A stretch of DNA of 62,089 bases, filler included, from 5 parts of 5 records of this genome joined end to end with filler, not necessarily neighbours in it; one strand, 5' to 3'. Shown: positions 19,901-30,609, counted from the whole stretch's first letter. Notes: generated from the sequence alone by a model not told the origin. Made by a program: numbers and translations.

Positions 19901-20001
19901 ACGGACGTGCCACAACCAAGGAGCATCACCAATGTGACGGCGTAAAGTTTGATCGCAGAAGAATTCATGAAAGGCGTTTGCATGGACGGGGATGATGTCA
20001 T
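16963..20001 (-). CDS. Tandem double S1 sulfatase
   Basis: Two full domains (CTPSRYGLLTG and CTPSRAGLMTG) joined by a Pro/Ser/Lys-rich linker. Confidence 0.93.
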   Translation of the reverse strand: MTSSPSMQTPFMNSSAIKLYAVTLVMLLGCGTSVAAERPPNVVLIFVDDLGYGDLGCYGATKLSTPNIDRLAAEGRRFTNAHSASAVCTPSRYGLLTGQYPVRAMGGQGIWGPLPTTSGLIIDTNTQTIGKVFKNKGYATACLGKWHLGFKEEPCDWQVPLRPGPQDVGFDHYFGVPLVNSGSPYVYVNDDSIFGYNPNDPLVYGGKPVSPTPMFPEEASVKSPNRFSGALKAHEIYDDEKTGTLLTERAVKWITEKKDEPFFLYFATPNIHHPFTPAPRFKGTSQCGLYGDFVHELDWMVGEIVQSLEDNGLTDNTLVLFTSDNGAMLNRAGRDAIKAGHQPNGELLGFKFGVWEGGHRVPLIAKWPGKIKAGTQSDQLISQVDLFATFSALTEQEMPSSEQKDSINMLPALLDDPNEPLRTELVLAPRQPRNLAIRKGKWLYIGARGSGGFNGSKPQHHAWGGPAAVQFSGHKNSDIVNGRIKKNAPPAQLYDLESDRAQTTNVYREHPEVVEEMKALLESYRPKQGSQGQSPKKSSPNKKPRTANQPSSPTASVSPAGREKTAETTKPNFIVILTDDQGYGDLSCFGAKHVDTPRIDQMAAEGSRLTSFYVAAPVCTPSRAGLMTGCYPKRIDMAMGSNFGVLLAGDPKGLHPDEITIAEVLKTAGYRTGMFGKWHLGDQPEFLPTKQGFDEFFGIPYSHDIHPFHPRQNHYHFPPLPLLQNDTVIEMDPDADFLTKRLTEQAVSFIERNKDQPFFLYLPHPIPHAPLHASPPFMEDVADDVIAAIEKEDGNIDYATRANLFRQAIAEIDWSVGQILDALRSNGLDEKTMVLFTSDNGPPKNTLYASPGELRGHKGTTFEGGMREPTVVRWPGQIPAGHQNDELMTAMDLLPTFAKLAGAAIPTDRVIDGKDIWPTLKGETQTPHDAFFYHRGNQLAAVRSGKWKLHVNNGVAKQLYDLENDLGEKVNVIETNPEVVKKLQRQLKDFAADIASNSRPAAFNANPKPLSN

Positions 20002-21581
20002 GGTTGGAAGGAGTCGGTGCGGAATGGGTAGGCGGGAAGTTTCGCAACGTTGACCAAGTTCACCCGTGGTTTTCCCGCGAATGCGTAGCGAACGCAGAGA
20101 GGGTGTGGCAGTTCAGATGAACTCAGGATCACGGTTTGACCATGCAGTTCGGCGTCTGCGGGCACCCATTTCTGGGAAGCATCCGCCAACCAAAATCCCA
20201 AAGGTGCTTTTCCATCGAGAGTTTGCAGGCCTTCGGCATGACCGAAGTGGACCACCAATCGGTCGTCCAAAACGTCGACGCGTTTCATCTTCGGACCCTC
20301 CGCTTCGATGGCGTGCCCCAACGTTTCGCGAGAAGCCAGCCATGCCAGTCGCTGACCGATCGGCAGTTTGTCTTTCGGATGAATGTTTTTGATGTCGCCC
20401 AAGTCGATTGTGTTGACGACGGAAGTGTGTGGCAGGTCAAGCGATTGCAACTGCGACTCTCGCATCCAAGCCCATGAGTGAGTGCTTGGATGTTCGGCTC
20501 CCTTTTGAGGACCGGTTGGCAGCGGTTTGAAATATCCGGGCAACATCACAATCAGGAAGTGCATGTCCTCGTTGCCCCATTCCTTTCGGTACCGCTTGAT
20601 CCATTCCACGAGCGTGTCCCCATACTTGAGCATGCCCGAGTTTCTCGAGAACCAAGGATCCTTCAGCATGCCAAACATCGACTGAGTGTTCCGTTCGCCT
20701 TGGTACCAAACCAGCCCACGGCAAGCGTAAGGCACCAACGGATGGATCATCGCGTTGTAGAGAATGTTCGATTGGCGACGCAGGAAGATATCGTCGGTTC
20801 GGCTCCACGGCTTTTTGCCATTCAGGATAGAAGCGATCCGGTCTTGGGTGGCGGTGTCCGCATCGAATTCCTCCATCATCGTTTGGAAGTGCGGCACCGT
20901 TTCAGTCATCTCTCGCGGCATCCACGCTTCGATCGATGAGCTTCCCCAGCACGTCAGGATGATTCCCACTGGAACATCGCCAGCTTGTTCTAAGAAGTGG
21001 GCGAACGAAAACGCCACGGCGCTATTGGGAGGCTGCTCAGTCCATTTGCCTTCCAAGCGATCTTGTTGGGTCATCGCGACCGTTCGTTTCACTTCGAAGC
21101 ATCGAATGTTTTCCGAGGTGGCGGTCAAGGATTGGATTTCAGGAACCGCTGCGGTTGAGAACTGCATGTTGGATTGTCCGGAGCAAATCCAGACCTCTCC
21201 AACGACAACATTGGCGAAGGAAACGGTTGAGTCGGGGCTTGAGACCTGCAGCATTTTCGGGGCTGCACTGGCAGGCATCGGAGTTAACTCGACCGTCCAT
21301 TTTCCATCTGAGTTGGCGATGGTTTCCTTCGTCTGCCCGGCGAACTCGACCGTGATCGCGGTCCCGGGATCAGCCGATCCCCAAACCGGCACCTTCGTCT
21401 TTTGTTGCAGCACCGCGTTGTCGGTGAACGGCGACGCGACCGACAACGCGGCCATCGCAGTTGCGGGGCACGACACCAGAACGCATCCAGTGATGAACGC
21501 GAGACGGATCAGTTGACTGGGCGAACGGTGCCGCATGGGTTGGTCATTTGACATTGAGTGCCTCGATCCGTTGCTGGTCAA
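19998..21581 (-). CDS. Sialate O-acetylesterase family (SASA/SGNH) carbohydrate esterase
   Basis: GEVWICSGQSNM, WYQGE and IHP motifs; true start may be slightly downstream. Confidence 0.9.
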   Translation of the reverse strand: MTSNGSRHSMSNDQPMRHRSPSQLIRLAFITGCVLVSCPATAMAALSVASPFTDNAVLQQKTKVPVWGSADPGTAITVEFAGQTKETIANSDGKWTVELTPMPASAAPKMLQVSSPDSTVSFANVVVGEVWICSGQSNMQFSTAAVPEIQSLTATSENIRCFEVKRTVAMTQQDRLEGKWTEQPPNSAVAFSFAHFLEQAGDVPVGIILTCWGSSSIEAWMPREMTETVPHFQTMMEEFDADTATQDRIASILNGKKPWSRTDDIFLRRQSNILYNAMIHPLVPYACRGLVWYQGERNTQSMFGMLKDPWFSRNSGMLKYGDTLVEWIKRYRKEWGNEDMHFLIVMLPGYFKPLPTGPQKGAEHPSTHSWAWMRESQLQSLDLPHTSVVNTIDLGDIKNIHPKDKLPIGQRLAWLASRETLGHAIEAEGPKMKRVDVLDDRLVVHFGHAEGLQTLDGKAPLGFWLADASQKWVPADAELHGQTVILSSSELPHPLCVRYAFAGKPRVNLVNVAKLPAYPFRTDSFQP

Positions 21582-22437
21582 CTGGTCCGGTGAGGTATCC
21601 CAGTTTGACCAGGAATTGATCTGTCTTTGCCAGCGTGTCGCTGAAACCGCCTCGCTTTGGATTGAAGAACCCGTGCGGTTGGCCTTTGTACAAGTGAAGT
21701 TCTGTTTGGATGCCCGCGGCGATCATCTTGTCACGAAAGGCTTCCGCGGTGGCGACCGGAATGTGTTGGTCTTTTGTTCCAAGGAAGACGATCGCGGGTG
21801 GATCATCCGGGGTGATGTTGTGGGCGGGTGAGATGGCGGGGAACCACTCTTTGATCCGGTCGTAGCCATAACCACCCTCTTTTGCGTTGTCGTAAACCGG
21901 GTTGAACAAGATCAACGCGTTCGGTTTGGAAGAGACGGAATGATCTTCTCCCTCGGCTTCAAATCCTTCGCAGAAACCAGCCGCCGCTGCGACGTGCCCG
22001 CCAGCGGATCCGCCGCCCGCGATGATTTGCTCGGGGGCGATTCCCAGTCGCTTTGAGTTTTGACGAACCCAGCGGATGGCTGACTTGCCGTCTTCCACGC
22101 AAGCGTTGGGCGTGACCTTTTGACGACTCTTGACGCGGTAGTCAGCCACGAACGCGACGATTCCGCGAGAGGCCAGGTAGCGACTTTGCGGTGCCAGTTG
22201 GCCCACACTGCCTCCGTTCCATCCGCCGCCGAAGAAGAACACGACTGCCGGCCGTTTGTCTTTGGCTGGATCGTGACCTTCCGGGTCAAACCGGTAAATG
22301 AAAAGGTCGTCGTCGGAAGCGGTCTTGTAGATTTCCGCGGTGGCGCCGGGCATGGCGACTTGTTCGGTCTTCGCCATCGCGGGCGTTGCCATCAAAAGGA
22401 ACGCGATCAACAGCGGTAACTTCGGTGAGTCTTTCAT
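21544..22437 (-). CDS. Secreted alpha/beta hydrolase (BD-FAE-like carboxylesterase)
   Basis: Signal peptide from MKDSPK; FGGGW, GGSAGG, GTKD and HGFF. Confidence 0.88.
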   Translation of the reverse strand: MKDSPKLPLLIAFLLMATPAMAKTEQVAMPGATAEIYKTASDDDLFIYRFDPEGHDPAKDKRPAVVFFFGGGWNGGSVGQLAPQSRYLASRGIVAFVADYRVKSRQKVTPNACVEDGKSAIRWVRQNSKRLGIAPEQIIAGGGSAGGHVAAAAGFCEGFEAEGEDHSVSSKPNALILFNPVYDNAKEGGYGYDRIKEWFPAISPAHNITPDDPPAIVFLGTKDQHIPVATAEAFRDKMIAAGIQTELHLYKGQPHGFFNPKRGGFSDTLAKTDQFLVKLGYLTGPVDQQRIEALNVK

Positions 22438-22499
22438 GGGGATGTTTCTTGTTGCGTGGTTGTTCTTGCGTGGCTGTGGAGAGAAATGATTCGGACGAC

Positions 22500-23888
22500 T
22501 CAATAATTCACTGTTCCACCGCGAGCCGGTTTCTGTCGTTCGTTCTTCCACCAGTGATCGGGACCCTCGGATTCGATGTCTCGCCAGACCTTCATCAGTT
22601 GGTCTTTCATTTCTTCTGTTTTTTCCGGCATAGCGGCGGCCAAGTCGTGTTCTTCCTTCCAGTCTTTCTGGATCTCGTAGAGTTGAAACTTCGTCAGCGT
22701 TTCGTCGCCGACCAATTTCCAATCCCCGATGCGAAGTGCCACGCGGTCCTCGGGAGGTGAAACGTGAGTTCTCCAAAACAACGGCGTTGATCGTTCAACG
22801 GGATTGCCTTCGAAGGCGGGCAACATGCTGACGCCGTCGATCGTGCGATCCGTTGGCAGCGGGATGCCGGCGATGTCCAACACAGTCGCGAAAACGTCGG
22901 TGCCGATCACCGGGGTGTCGCTGACCGTTCCGGGGTGAATGTGTCCTGGCCAACGAGCCACACCGGGAACGCGGATACCACCTTCGTGGTCGCTGCGTTT
23001 GTTGCCTCGCAGTCCGCCCGACGATCCGCCGAACGCTGGCACGGGACCGTTGTCGGAAGTGAAGAACAGCAGCGTGTTGTCGGTGACCTCCTGAGCGTCC
23101 AAGGCGTCCATCACCATGCCCAATGCGTGATCCATTTGGGTGATGTTCCCCATGTACTTGCTGTTTTCGTGTCCGTTGTACAAGGATTGAAAACGCGATT
23201 CGGTTGCGATGGGTGAATGCGGCTCATGCACCCACACCGTCATCGCGAACGGTTTGGACGGATCATGGATGTCTTTCAACCAGCGTGCCGCTTCCGTGGC
23301 AACCAACTGAGCTGAGTAGCCTTCGAGCTTCCCGACGGGTTCGCCGTTGCGAACAAAGTTGTCAGGGTTTTGATGGCTTGGACTGGCGTTGTTCTGCGTG
23401 CACATCCAGTGATCGAATCCGTGCTCGCCCGGATGAGGGAACTCCGGATTATTGAACTGTTGCCTCGAGAGCAAATGCCATTTTCCGACGTGGCATGTTT
23501 CATACCCCACTTCTTTCAACAACTCTGGAAACGTGATCTCGCTGGCACGCAGATGTGCTTCGTGGTTTCCCGACAAGTGTCGGTAAACGCCGTTTCGATA
23601 CGGAGTTCGTCCCGTCAGAATCGCAGAACGCGAAGGCGAGCAAACACCGCAGGCGGAATAACACTGGGTGAACTTCACTCCCTGAGACGCCAATCGATCC
23701 AGATTGGGCGTTTGAATCAGTTCGTGGCCGTAGGTGTGGGAGTCACCCCAGCCCATGTCATCGGCGACGAACACCACAAAGTTGGGACGGGCCGCATCAG
23801 CAGCGTTCGCATCCGCCATCGCAAATGGCTGCGTGGCCAGCATGCAAACGAACAATGAAGCTATCGAAATTGCAGAGGTCGTCTTCAT
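22500..23888 (-). CDS. S1 sulfatase
   Basis: ADDMGWGD, CSPSRSAILTGR and GKWHL; signal peptide from MKTTS. Confidence 0.94.
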   Translation of the reverse strand: MKTTSAISIASLFVCMLATQPFAMADANAADAARPNFVVFVADDMGWGDSHTYGHELIQTPNLDRLASQGVKFTQCYSACGVCSPSRSAILTGRTPYRNGVYRHLSGNHEAHLRASEITFPELLKEVGYETCHVGKWHLLSRQQFNNPEFPHPGEHGFDHWMCTQNNASPSHQNPDNFVRNGEPVGKLEGYSAQLVATEAARWLKDIHDPSKPFAMTVWVHEPHSPIATESRFQSLYNGHENSKYMGNITQMDHALGMVMDALDAQEVTDNTLLFFTSDNGPVPAFGGSSGGLRGNKRSDHEGGIRVPGVARWPGHIHPGTVSDTPVIGTDVFATVLDIAGIPLPTDRTIDGVSMLPAFEGNPVERSTPLFWRTHVSPPEDRVALRIGDWKLVGDETLTKFQLYEIQKDWKEEHDLAAAMPEKTEEMKDQLMKVWRDIESEGPDHWWKNERQKPARGGTVNY

Positions 23889-23898
23889 GTTGGGGCAA

Positions 23899-25080
23899 TC
23901 AGTGCGGGAGGTGGTCAAGGAAAAACTGCACGGTTCGGTCGACGATGGCATCTCGTGATGGATCGATGTCGGCGTCAACTTGCCGCCAATTGTGCCCCGC
24001 GTTTCGAATGATCATGACTTCGACGGGGGCATCGATCGCATCCGCTTTTTGTTTCATGTGGTGAGCGTGCTTGACTGGGATGGTCGTGTCCTTGTCACCT
24101 TGGATCATCAGCAGTGGATGACTGTCCGCTCGCAGGTAATTGACCGGACTCATCTCTCGGTAGAGTTCCAGTGTGTTTGCGGGGGACGAATTCGAACCCA
24201 GAATGCGAGGTCCAAATCGATCGCGGAAATCGGCTCGGTCGTCGTGATTGAACAGTTCGGTCTTCTCGAAATCACTCGGGCCGTACCACGAAACCCCTGC
24301 CAGCATCGTGTAAGGCGTGGCCGCCAATTCCTTGTCGCCTGGCAGCGTTTCGGGCGATGTCAGCAACAGCATCTGAGCGATCTGACCGCCCGCGGAATCG
24401 CCCATGACGAAGAACTTCGTTGCATCCAGTCGAAGCGTTTCGCTGTGCTTGGCCAAATAACGCACCGCGTCCTTTGAGTCGATGACGCAGTCCCGCATCA
24501 TGACGCCGGTGTTTGGTTTGCAAAGCCGATAGTTCACGGAAGCCACGGCGAATCCGTGATCAAGCAGTTGCTGGAACACAACTTTGAATGAACCATTGGC
24601 CGCACCTTGTTTGCTGCCCGCGGCCCATCCGCCACCGTGCGTGTAAACGATCAATGGGCAAGGGAAACTGGCATCGGGTTGAGTGGGATAATAGAGGTCG
24701 AGCAGCAACTCCTTCTTGCCGACGGTCTTGTACACCAAATCGAGTAGGCGTTCTCCGCCGGTCTCCAGGTACCCGGTTCGGTCACGCCGGAGTTCGTCGA
24801 TCGTCAGCTTGCCGTTCTGGTCCGTGTCGAGTTTGCGATAACGATTCCAGGCACGTGTGTTTTCGTTTCGGTCCCAAACGCCGTTGTCATCCTCGTCGAA
24901 CTTCTGCAACAACCGCGTTGCACGACCAAGTGATTCGCGATCGCGGTCCGGTTCGGATGCGGTCGCTTGTTCAGCGTCCGGTGTTGCGGCACTTGCAGGC
25001 GGCGTTGCCACGAACAGGTAGCTGCCGATGAGCAAGAGCGGGAGAAGGGGTTGGTGTCGAATCACGGCGTGGCATCTCAT
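23899..25080 (-). CDS. Secreted alpha/beta hydrolase with N-terminal EF-hand pair
   Basis: DEDDNGVWD and [27 protein letters not shown] and GHN. Confidence 0.87.
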   Translation of the reverse strand: MRCHAVIRHQPLLPLLLIGSYLFVATPPASAATPDAEQATASEPDRDRESLGRATRLLQKFDEDDNGVWDRNENTRAWNRYRKLDTDQNGKLTIDELRRDRTGYLETGGERLLDLVYKTVGKKELLLDLYYPTQPDASFPCPLIVYTHGGGWAAGSKQGAANGSFKVVFQQLLDHGFAVASVNYRLCKPNTGVMMRDCVIDSKDAVRYLAKHSETLRLDATKFFVMGDSAGGQIAQMLLLTSPETLPGDKELAATPYTMLAGVSWYGPSDFEKTELFNHDDRADFRDRFGPRILGSNSSPANTLELYREMSPVNYLRADSHPLLMIQGDKDTTIPVKHAHHMKQKADAIDAPVEVMIIRNAGHNWRQVDADIDPSRDAIVDRTVQFFLDHLPH

Positions 25081-25115
25081 GGGGGTGATGGGAAGAGCGG
25101 GCTGCCTGCGTTTGT

Positions 25116-26660
25116 CTATTTGCTCTTTCGTTTCGCTTGTCGTTTGAGAAACGGCGTTTTGTCTTCCATCGAGATCGTACGATCGAATAGCGTGCCGTAG
25201 CGTTGGTAGTCGTTGTAATCGACGGCTTGCTGCTTCCATTTCGCGACCTCTTCGTCGTATCGCGTCCGCATGGTTTCCAAGACAGCGGAGCTTTCCGAAT
25301 CGCTGGCCAAATTGACCAGTTCCAGTGGGTCGTTTTGCGTGTCAAACAGTTCTTCGGTGGGTTGCATCTGATCGTCGCCGTACCACCAGTACGTGTATTT
25401 GTAGCGTTTCGTCAGACAGGTCAGGCTGTGAGTCGGCAGTGGGCCGAACACGTTGATGAATGACATTTGTTCGTGTCCGTCCTGCTCTGGTGAACGCAGC
25501 AGATTCATCAGGCTTTTGCCATCCATGTTGGATGGGGCCGGCAGACCCGCGAATTCCAAAATCGTTGGCGCGAAATCGATGTTGCCGGTCAGCTCGTTGC
25601 AGCGGTGTTGCTGGCCGTTGAGTGGACTGCGAGGGTCGTAGATGATCAGCGGCACGCGGGACGACTCTTCCATTGGCAACACCTTGGAACCGTAGCCATG
25701 TGACCCGCAGACGTACCCGTTGTCGCTGGTGTAGATCACCACGGTGTTGTCGGCGATGCCTTGGGCTTTCAGTTCGTCGCGAATCATCCCGAGAGCGACA
25801 TCGATGGCGTAAACCTGTTGGTGGTACTTGGCCATTTCACCGTCGTAGTCGGTGTCGTATTTCCACTCGCTGAACCGAGGGTATTGCCGACCGAGTTTGC
25901 TTTGCGGCGCCAGATGCTTGCTGTATTCCCGTCCAAAGTTCAACGGTTTGGTGAATTGTTTTCCTGCATAGACATGGTCAAAGCGTGGGTCCGGCGTCGC
26001 CGGTTTGTGGGGTGCTTTGAAGCTGATCGACAAACAGAACGGTTGGTCTTGTTTCGTCGCTTCGCGGATGACGTCTTTCCCGAAGGCAGCGTAAGAAAGC
26101 GTGGAGTGGGGATACTGTTTGGCATACTTCCGCATCGACTCATTCTTGGCGGTCGCGTAGTTCGTTTGGCCCGGACCGCCGCCCCAAAAATCGAAGTCGT
26201 CTTCGCACAAACCTTTGCCGTCCACGACCAGTCCGAACTTGCCCGCGAATGCGGTGAGATAACCTGCCTCGCGCAGGAGAACCGGATATGACTTGGCCCA
26301 AACTTCTTCACGCATGTTTCCGTGTACGAAATTGCAGCCGGTTTTGTACTCGTACATGCCTGTGAACACGTTGGCCCGGCTGGCCATGCAGATTGCCGTG
26401 GTGTTGTAGTGCTTGTCAAACAGCACGCCGTCGCGAGCGAGTTGGTCCATGTTGGGTGTCAGGACGTCTTGGTTCCCATAGCAGCCAACGGAGTAGGTGG
26501 ATTGGTCGTCCGCGAACAGGAAGACGATGTTGGGTGATGTTTTGGCGTTGTTCGTCTCGGTGCGTTCGTTTTGTTGAGCGGACGCGGGGATGCCAAACGT
26601 TCCGCAAGCGAACAGGACGCCGAGGATGAGAGCACGGTAGTGATTCATAGGAGGGTTCAT
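25116..26660 (-). CDS. S1 sulfatase (CxAxR signature)
   Basis: [15 protein letters not shown] and SDNG; ATGA overlap with the upstream gene. Confidence 0.92.
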   Translation of the reverse strand: MNPPMNHYRALILGVLFACGTFGIPASAQQNERTETNNAKTSPNIVFLFADDQSTYSVGCYGNQDVLTPNMDQLARDGVLFDKHYNTTAICMASRANVFTGMYEYKTGCNFVHGNMREEVWAKSYPVLLREAGYLTAFAGKFGLVVDGKGLCEDDFDFWGGGPGQTNYATAKNESMRKYAKQYPHSTLSYAAFGKDVIREATKQDQPFCLSISFKAPHKPATPDPRFDHVYAGKQFTKPLNFGREYSKHLAPQSKLGRQYPRFSEWKYDTDYDGEMAKYHQQVYAIDVALGMIRDELKAQGIADNTVVIYTSDNGYVCGSHGYGSKVLPMEESSRVPLIIYDPRSPLNGQQHRCNELTGNIDFAPTILEFAGLPAPSNMDGKSLMNLLRSPEQDGHEQMSFINVFGPLPTHSLTCLTKRYKYTYWWYGDDQMQPTEELFDTQNDPLELVNLASDSESSAVLETMRTRYDEEVAKWKQQAVDYNDYQRYGTLFDRTISMEDKTPFLKRQAKRKSK

Positions 26661-28876
26661 TGAAGAGGTTCTTGGAGATGTTCGGAGGAGTCTTCTTTGA
26701 TCAGCCCGGCCTTTGTATGGTCCCAACCCGCAAAGCCTAAACGTAGTGCCGGGGAATCCAGGCTCAGTCGGAAGTCGCCATTGGCGGGATCCACAAACAA
26801 CGGATCGACGGCCAAGCTTTGCGTGTCGACCCCGTCTCGCCTTTGCTTTTCTAACATCTGCTCGCCCAAGGCAGGGTCGCTGGCGCAATAGTAGATGTTG
26901 TGATCGGTGTCGGCGTCTTTGGATCGAGCCAAGGCCCTGCCTCGCCGATCCTCACTGGTTCTGCCTTTGCCAGGAGGCAACTCATCGATGAACGTGCAGA
27001 CGTCTGACGAGGAGTAAAAGATGTTCCGCTGGATCGTCGCTCCGGTGAGTGGGCCTTCGCGAACCGAGAGGTAATAACCTCGAGGTGGAGCGATGATGTC
27101 GGCCACGATGTTGTTCTCAACACGCGTGTTCAACTTCATCAGGATGCCCTGGGACGTGCACTTGTAGATCAGGTTCTCAGCAATCAGCGTGTCGCGTTGT
27201 CCGCCATCGGTGCGAATCGCGGCTTGCATGATCATCGGAGCAACGAGGTGATGAATGTAGTTGCGGCGAATCACGTTTCCTGAAGCTGCTCCGCGAATGT
27301 AGATCGCGTTGCCGTCGCCGAGCATCTCCATCGCGTGGTGGATCTCGTTGCGTTCGATCTGGTTGCCGTGCGTGTGCAGGTAGGGAAGCACGTCTTCCAG
27401 ATTCGGGTTCTTCGGCAGGGATGCGATCTCGTGCCGGCGAATGGTTCGTCCGAGTTCTCTGCCTTGACGGCGGAAGAAATCCGTCATGCAACCGGAGAGA
27501 ATGATTCCGGTGTAGGGAGTGTTGTGGACAAGGTTGTTTGCGACACGATTTTCGCCACTTTGCCAAAGCATGATCCCCGGCGAGTGCGAGTAGATGCGAC
27601 CAGTGTGGTGGATGTGGTTGTTGAAGATGACGTTTCCACCATTCACATCCTTGGTGCCCGGACCGTAACCGCACAATAGAACGCCAGCACCTCCCATGTG
27701 CTCGATCACGTTGCTGTCAATCACGTTGTATCGCCCATGCAGGTCGACACGAATTGCGGATCCACCGCTGTGAGCAAAGTGGCATTGCTGGATCGTGCAA
27801 TGTTCTGTTCCCCGCAACCGGACCAACGCGTTGGCTTTGTCGTGCATGTCCCAGTCGTGCTGCAATCCCGCGTCGTCGGGAGCGATGCTGAATCTTTCGC
27901 CGTGCGTGAAAGTCAGACCACGCAAGCAGAGGTTCGTCACTGGAATGTCGCGAGGCCCTTCCTTGTCAATCTCGCCTTCGATGCGGATCAGTTCTTTCAG
28001 CGTTGGTGCCAAGATTGGCGAATCGTTTCGCGGCCAAAGATAGAGTTTGCCGGTTTGGGTGTTCAGAGCCCATTCGCCCGGCTCATCGAGTTCCTCCAGG
28101 GCATTTTCTACCCAGCATGAATTGGTTGTTTTGAGGAAGTGCAGCGGGTTCATCGCATAGGTCGCGTCGATCGACGTTCGGGCGATCTGCTTCTTCTCGT
28201 TCACGGACGTCAGCGGAAGGATGTTCACAATCCACGCATGATGCGGACGAACGACGATTTCGATGTCTTCGACGTTGGGCCAGTTCTTCAGGCGACCAGC
28301 CGGAAAGTGCAGCTCGTTGCGACTGCCACCTTTCAGTGGAATGAATCCTTGCGATCGGGCTCGTGGCAGCATGCCCTCTGCATCGAAGAGGGTGTGGAAT
28401 CGGCCGGAGACATTCGCGACCTTGACCTTGCCGAAGGCTTTTTCAGGCAGACCGGGTGGTGCCGTTGTGACTGGTTTCCAATCCGTGATTGCTTGGCCGG
28501 AACTGAACACGGGGGTCTCGCCCGGGTAAGCCGCATAAGTGATGGTCGAACTGGGGTGACCTGAATCCTGCGGTCCGAAGACCACGGTCTCTGACAATCG
28601 ATACGTGCCGCCGCGAATCAGGACAAGGACATCGCCAGCAGGGTCTTTTTCTAAGCTTCGGATCGCGTCGCGAGCTCTCGTAAGCGTTGCGAATGGTCCG
28701 TCGGATTGGGAATCGTTTGGTTCCGCAAGCGTGCCGGACCAGTTGTCACGACCTTCAAGCGAGACATAGAAGTCGGCCGAAGGTTCGGCGGCGCAACAAT
28801 CACCGACTGTCATCGAGATCGCCAACAGGATCAGGATGCCGAATCGGAACAAGCTCAGCTTTGCTTTGCAGGTCAC
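26657..28876 (-). CDS. Right-handed parallel beta-helix protein, GH141-like glycoside hydrolase
   Basis: [38 protein letters not shown] and ELDEPGEW; repeated N.I..N.IH turns; GTG start inferred. Confidence 0.78.
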   Translation of the reverse strand: MTCKAKLSLFRFGILILLAISMTVGDCCAAEPSADFYVSLEGRDNWSGTLAEPNDSQSDGPFATLTRARDAIRSLEKDPAGDVLVLIRGGTYRLSETVVFGPQDSGHPSSTITYAAYPGETPVFSSGQAITDWKPVTTAPPGLPEKAFGKVKVANVSGRFHTLFDAEGMLPRARSQGFIPLKGGSRNELHFPAGRLKNWPNVEDIEIVVRPHHAWIVNILPLTSVNEKKQIARTSIDATYAMNPLHFLKTTNSCWVENALEELDEPGEWALNTQTGKLYLWPRNDSPILAPTLKELIRIEGEIDKEGPRDIPVTNLCLRGLTFTHGERFSIAPDDAGLQHDWDMHDKANALVRLRGTEHCTIQQCHFAHSGGSAIRVDLHGRYNVIDSNVIEHMGGAGVLLCGYGPGTKDVNGGNVIFNNHIHHTGRIYSHSPGIMLWQSGENRVANNLVHNTPYTGIILSGCMTDFFRRQGRELGRTIRRHEIASLPKNPNLEDVLPYLHTHGNQIERNEIHHAMEMLGDGNAIYIRGAASGNVIRRNYIHHLVAPMIMQAAIRTDGGQRDTLIAENLIYKCTSQGILMKLNTRVENNIVADIIAPPRGYYLSVREGPLTGATIQRNIFYSSSDVCTFIDELPPGKGRTSEDRRGRALARSKDADTDHNIYYCASDPALGEQMLEKQRRDGVDTQSLAVDPLFVDPANGDFRLSLDSPALRLGFAGWDHTKAGLIKEDSSEHLQEPLQ

Positions 28877-29004
28877 TGGATGAGTTTCTCTTGGACTTTT
28901 GACAAGCCGTCTTCGTTGGAACGCTTCGTAATTGTTTGGGTTTGCATCTCGGTTTTGGGAGCGGTTTCGAGGCTCCTGATTGTTTGCGACAGCGGCAAAC
29001 AGGC

Positions 29005-29079
29005 AGTATAGTGGCCCGCAGTGCTGTGTTAGTGGCGTTGTACCTTTCACTTTGCGTCTTTTACTGGAACATGTGCGAC
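29005..29079 (-). promoter_or_regulatory. Candidate promoter/operator of the glycan operon
   Basis: Minus strand GTCGCA and GACGCA at 21-bp period, then TATACT (29010-29005). Confidence 0.45.
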
Positions 29080-29083
29080 ACTC

Positions 29084-30295
29084 ATGGCGACAGACGCATC
29101 GGATACGAAGTGTGTCGCACTGCTCATCGAGTCGTCTCGCGCCTATGGTCGAGGACTCTTGCGTGGAATTGCTGCTTACGCGCAAGACCAGGGTGATTGG
29201 TCGCTCCGACACCAGGAAATGACGATCAACGCGGATCCACCTTCTTGGCTTTCGCGGTGGCAGGGTGACGGTGTGCTCGTTCGGGCTGAGACGCCAAAGA
29301 TGATTCGAGCCATTCAGGACTTGGGGCTTCCGGTCATTGATCTCAGATGTTGGCGATCAGCGGGAAAGATTCCTGGCTTTGATACCGATCCGGCGTCGGT
29401 CGTGAGGCTCGCCGTCGACCATCTGCGAGATCGTGGGTACACACAATTTGGGTTCTGCGGTTTTGGGGGAGCAAACTACTCCGACCGTCGGCTCTCTGAG
29501 ATGCGAAAGTATGTCCGTTCACTGGGGCATGATGTCGTTGCCTATGAGTCACCCGGTCCCGTTCACGCGACGACGTTTGATGCCGAGCAGAGCGGGATGC
29601 TTGACGAAGTCGGTTTGGGACGCTGGCTCAAATCACTTGCCAAACCCGTTGGCGTATTGGCTTGCAACGACATCCGAGCGCAGCAGTTATTGAATGCGTG
29701 CCACGAATGCAACATCCATGTTCCCGATGAAATCGCTGTGGTTGGAGTCGACAATGACGATGTGATTTGTCCTTTGTGTTCTCCACCGCTGACGAGCGTC
29801 GAACCCAACACGGAGAAAATCGGGTACGAAGCGGCAGCGATGTTGGACCTGATGATGGCTGGCGAGAGCGTTCCTGCCGAACTGACTTGGGTACCGGCTC
29901 GGCGAATTGTCGTGCGCGGTTCGACCGATGCGATTCCGGTGGATGACGCCGAATTTACCAAGGCTTACCGCTTCATTCGCGAGAACGCTTGTCGAGGTGT
30001 GTCGGTGCAGGATGTCGCCGATGCGGTGCCAATGTCCCGGCGATCGCTCGAACGTCGGATGCGAACTTACTTGGATCAATCGCCTTCGGATCTGATCGCG
30101 TCCATTCGTTTGGCTCGGATCAAAGAGTTGCTCGAGACCACTTCGCAACCACTGAAGAAAATCGCCAGGCTCACCGGATTCAACTATGACGAGCACATGG
30201 CGAAGTTCTTTAAAAAGCTAACCGGTGTTCCTCCCGGTCACTACCGGCGGAAGCATCGTCTGGAATCAATCGCAGGCGATGACCTCAAACCATAG
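29084..30295 (+). CDS. XylR-type transcriptional regulator (LacI-like ligand domain plus AraC HTH)
   Basis: VALLIESSRAYGRGLLRGI, VPDEIAVVGVDND, RRSLERR and C-terminal GVPPGHYR. Confidence 0.92.
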   Translation: MATDASDTKCVALLIESSRAYGRGLLRGIAAYAQDQGDWSLRHQEMTINADPPSWLSRWQGDGVLVRAETPKMIRAIQDLGLPVIDLRCWRSAGKIPGFDTDPASVVRLAVDHLRDRGYTQFGFCGFGGANYSDRRLSEMRKYVRSLGHDVVAYESPGPVHATTFDAEQSGMLDEVGLGRWLKSLAKPVGVLACNDIRAQQLLNACHECNIHVPDEIAVVGVDNDDVICPLCSPPLTSVEPNTEKIGYEAAAMLDLMMAGESVPAELTWVPARRIVVRGSTDAIPVDDAEFTKAYRFIRENACRGVSVQDVADAVPMSRRSLERRMRTYLDQSPSDLIASIRLARIKELLETTSQPLKKIARLTGFNYDEHMAKFFKKLTGVPPGHYRRKHRLESIAGDDLKP

Positions 30296-30299
30296 CGGT

Positions 30300-30485
30300 C
30301 TATTCCGCGGGCACTGGTTCATCGTAGCCCGCGTCTGAGTTGGTCGCCGCCAATTCGGCTTCGTACTTGGCCAAGTCGTCCGCGGTGGCACCATCGGTGG
30401 CCAGAGGGTTTTGGTCGGACCCGCCACAACCGGACAGGACACAAGCGACCATTATCACAAGAGAGTATTTCAAAACTGAATTCAT
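30300..30485 (-). CDS. Small (61 aa) acidic lipoprotein
   Basis: MNSVLKYSLVIMVACVLSGC lipobox; directly downstream of DUF1559. Confidence 0.75.
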   Translation of the reverse strand: MNSVLKYSLVIMVACVLSGCGGSDQNPLATDGATADDLAKYEAELAATNSDAGYDEPVPAE

Positions 30486-30609
30486 CGGTTGATTCTCGTT
30501 GGAGTTTGTTGTTTCAAAAAGGATGCTTCTGCCCGTCGTTGTAATGAAGTCGTTGCAATGAATACGGGCAGAAGAAACATGGAATCGTTCTGGCGTTGAA
30601 GTTGAGGCG

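Noticed and set aside
28877..29212. Long N-terminal extensions in ORF calls (also 14654, 22776, 25239, 26888, 30716, 50519, 51060, 60227)
   Set aside because: They overlap neighbouring genes; downstream starts give signal peptides, SD motifs or coupled overlaps
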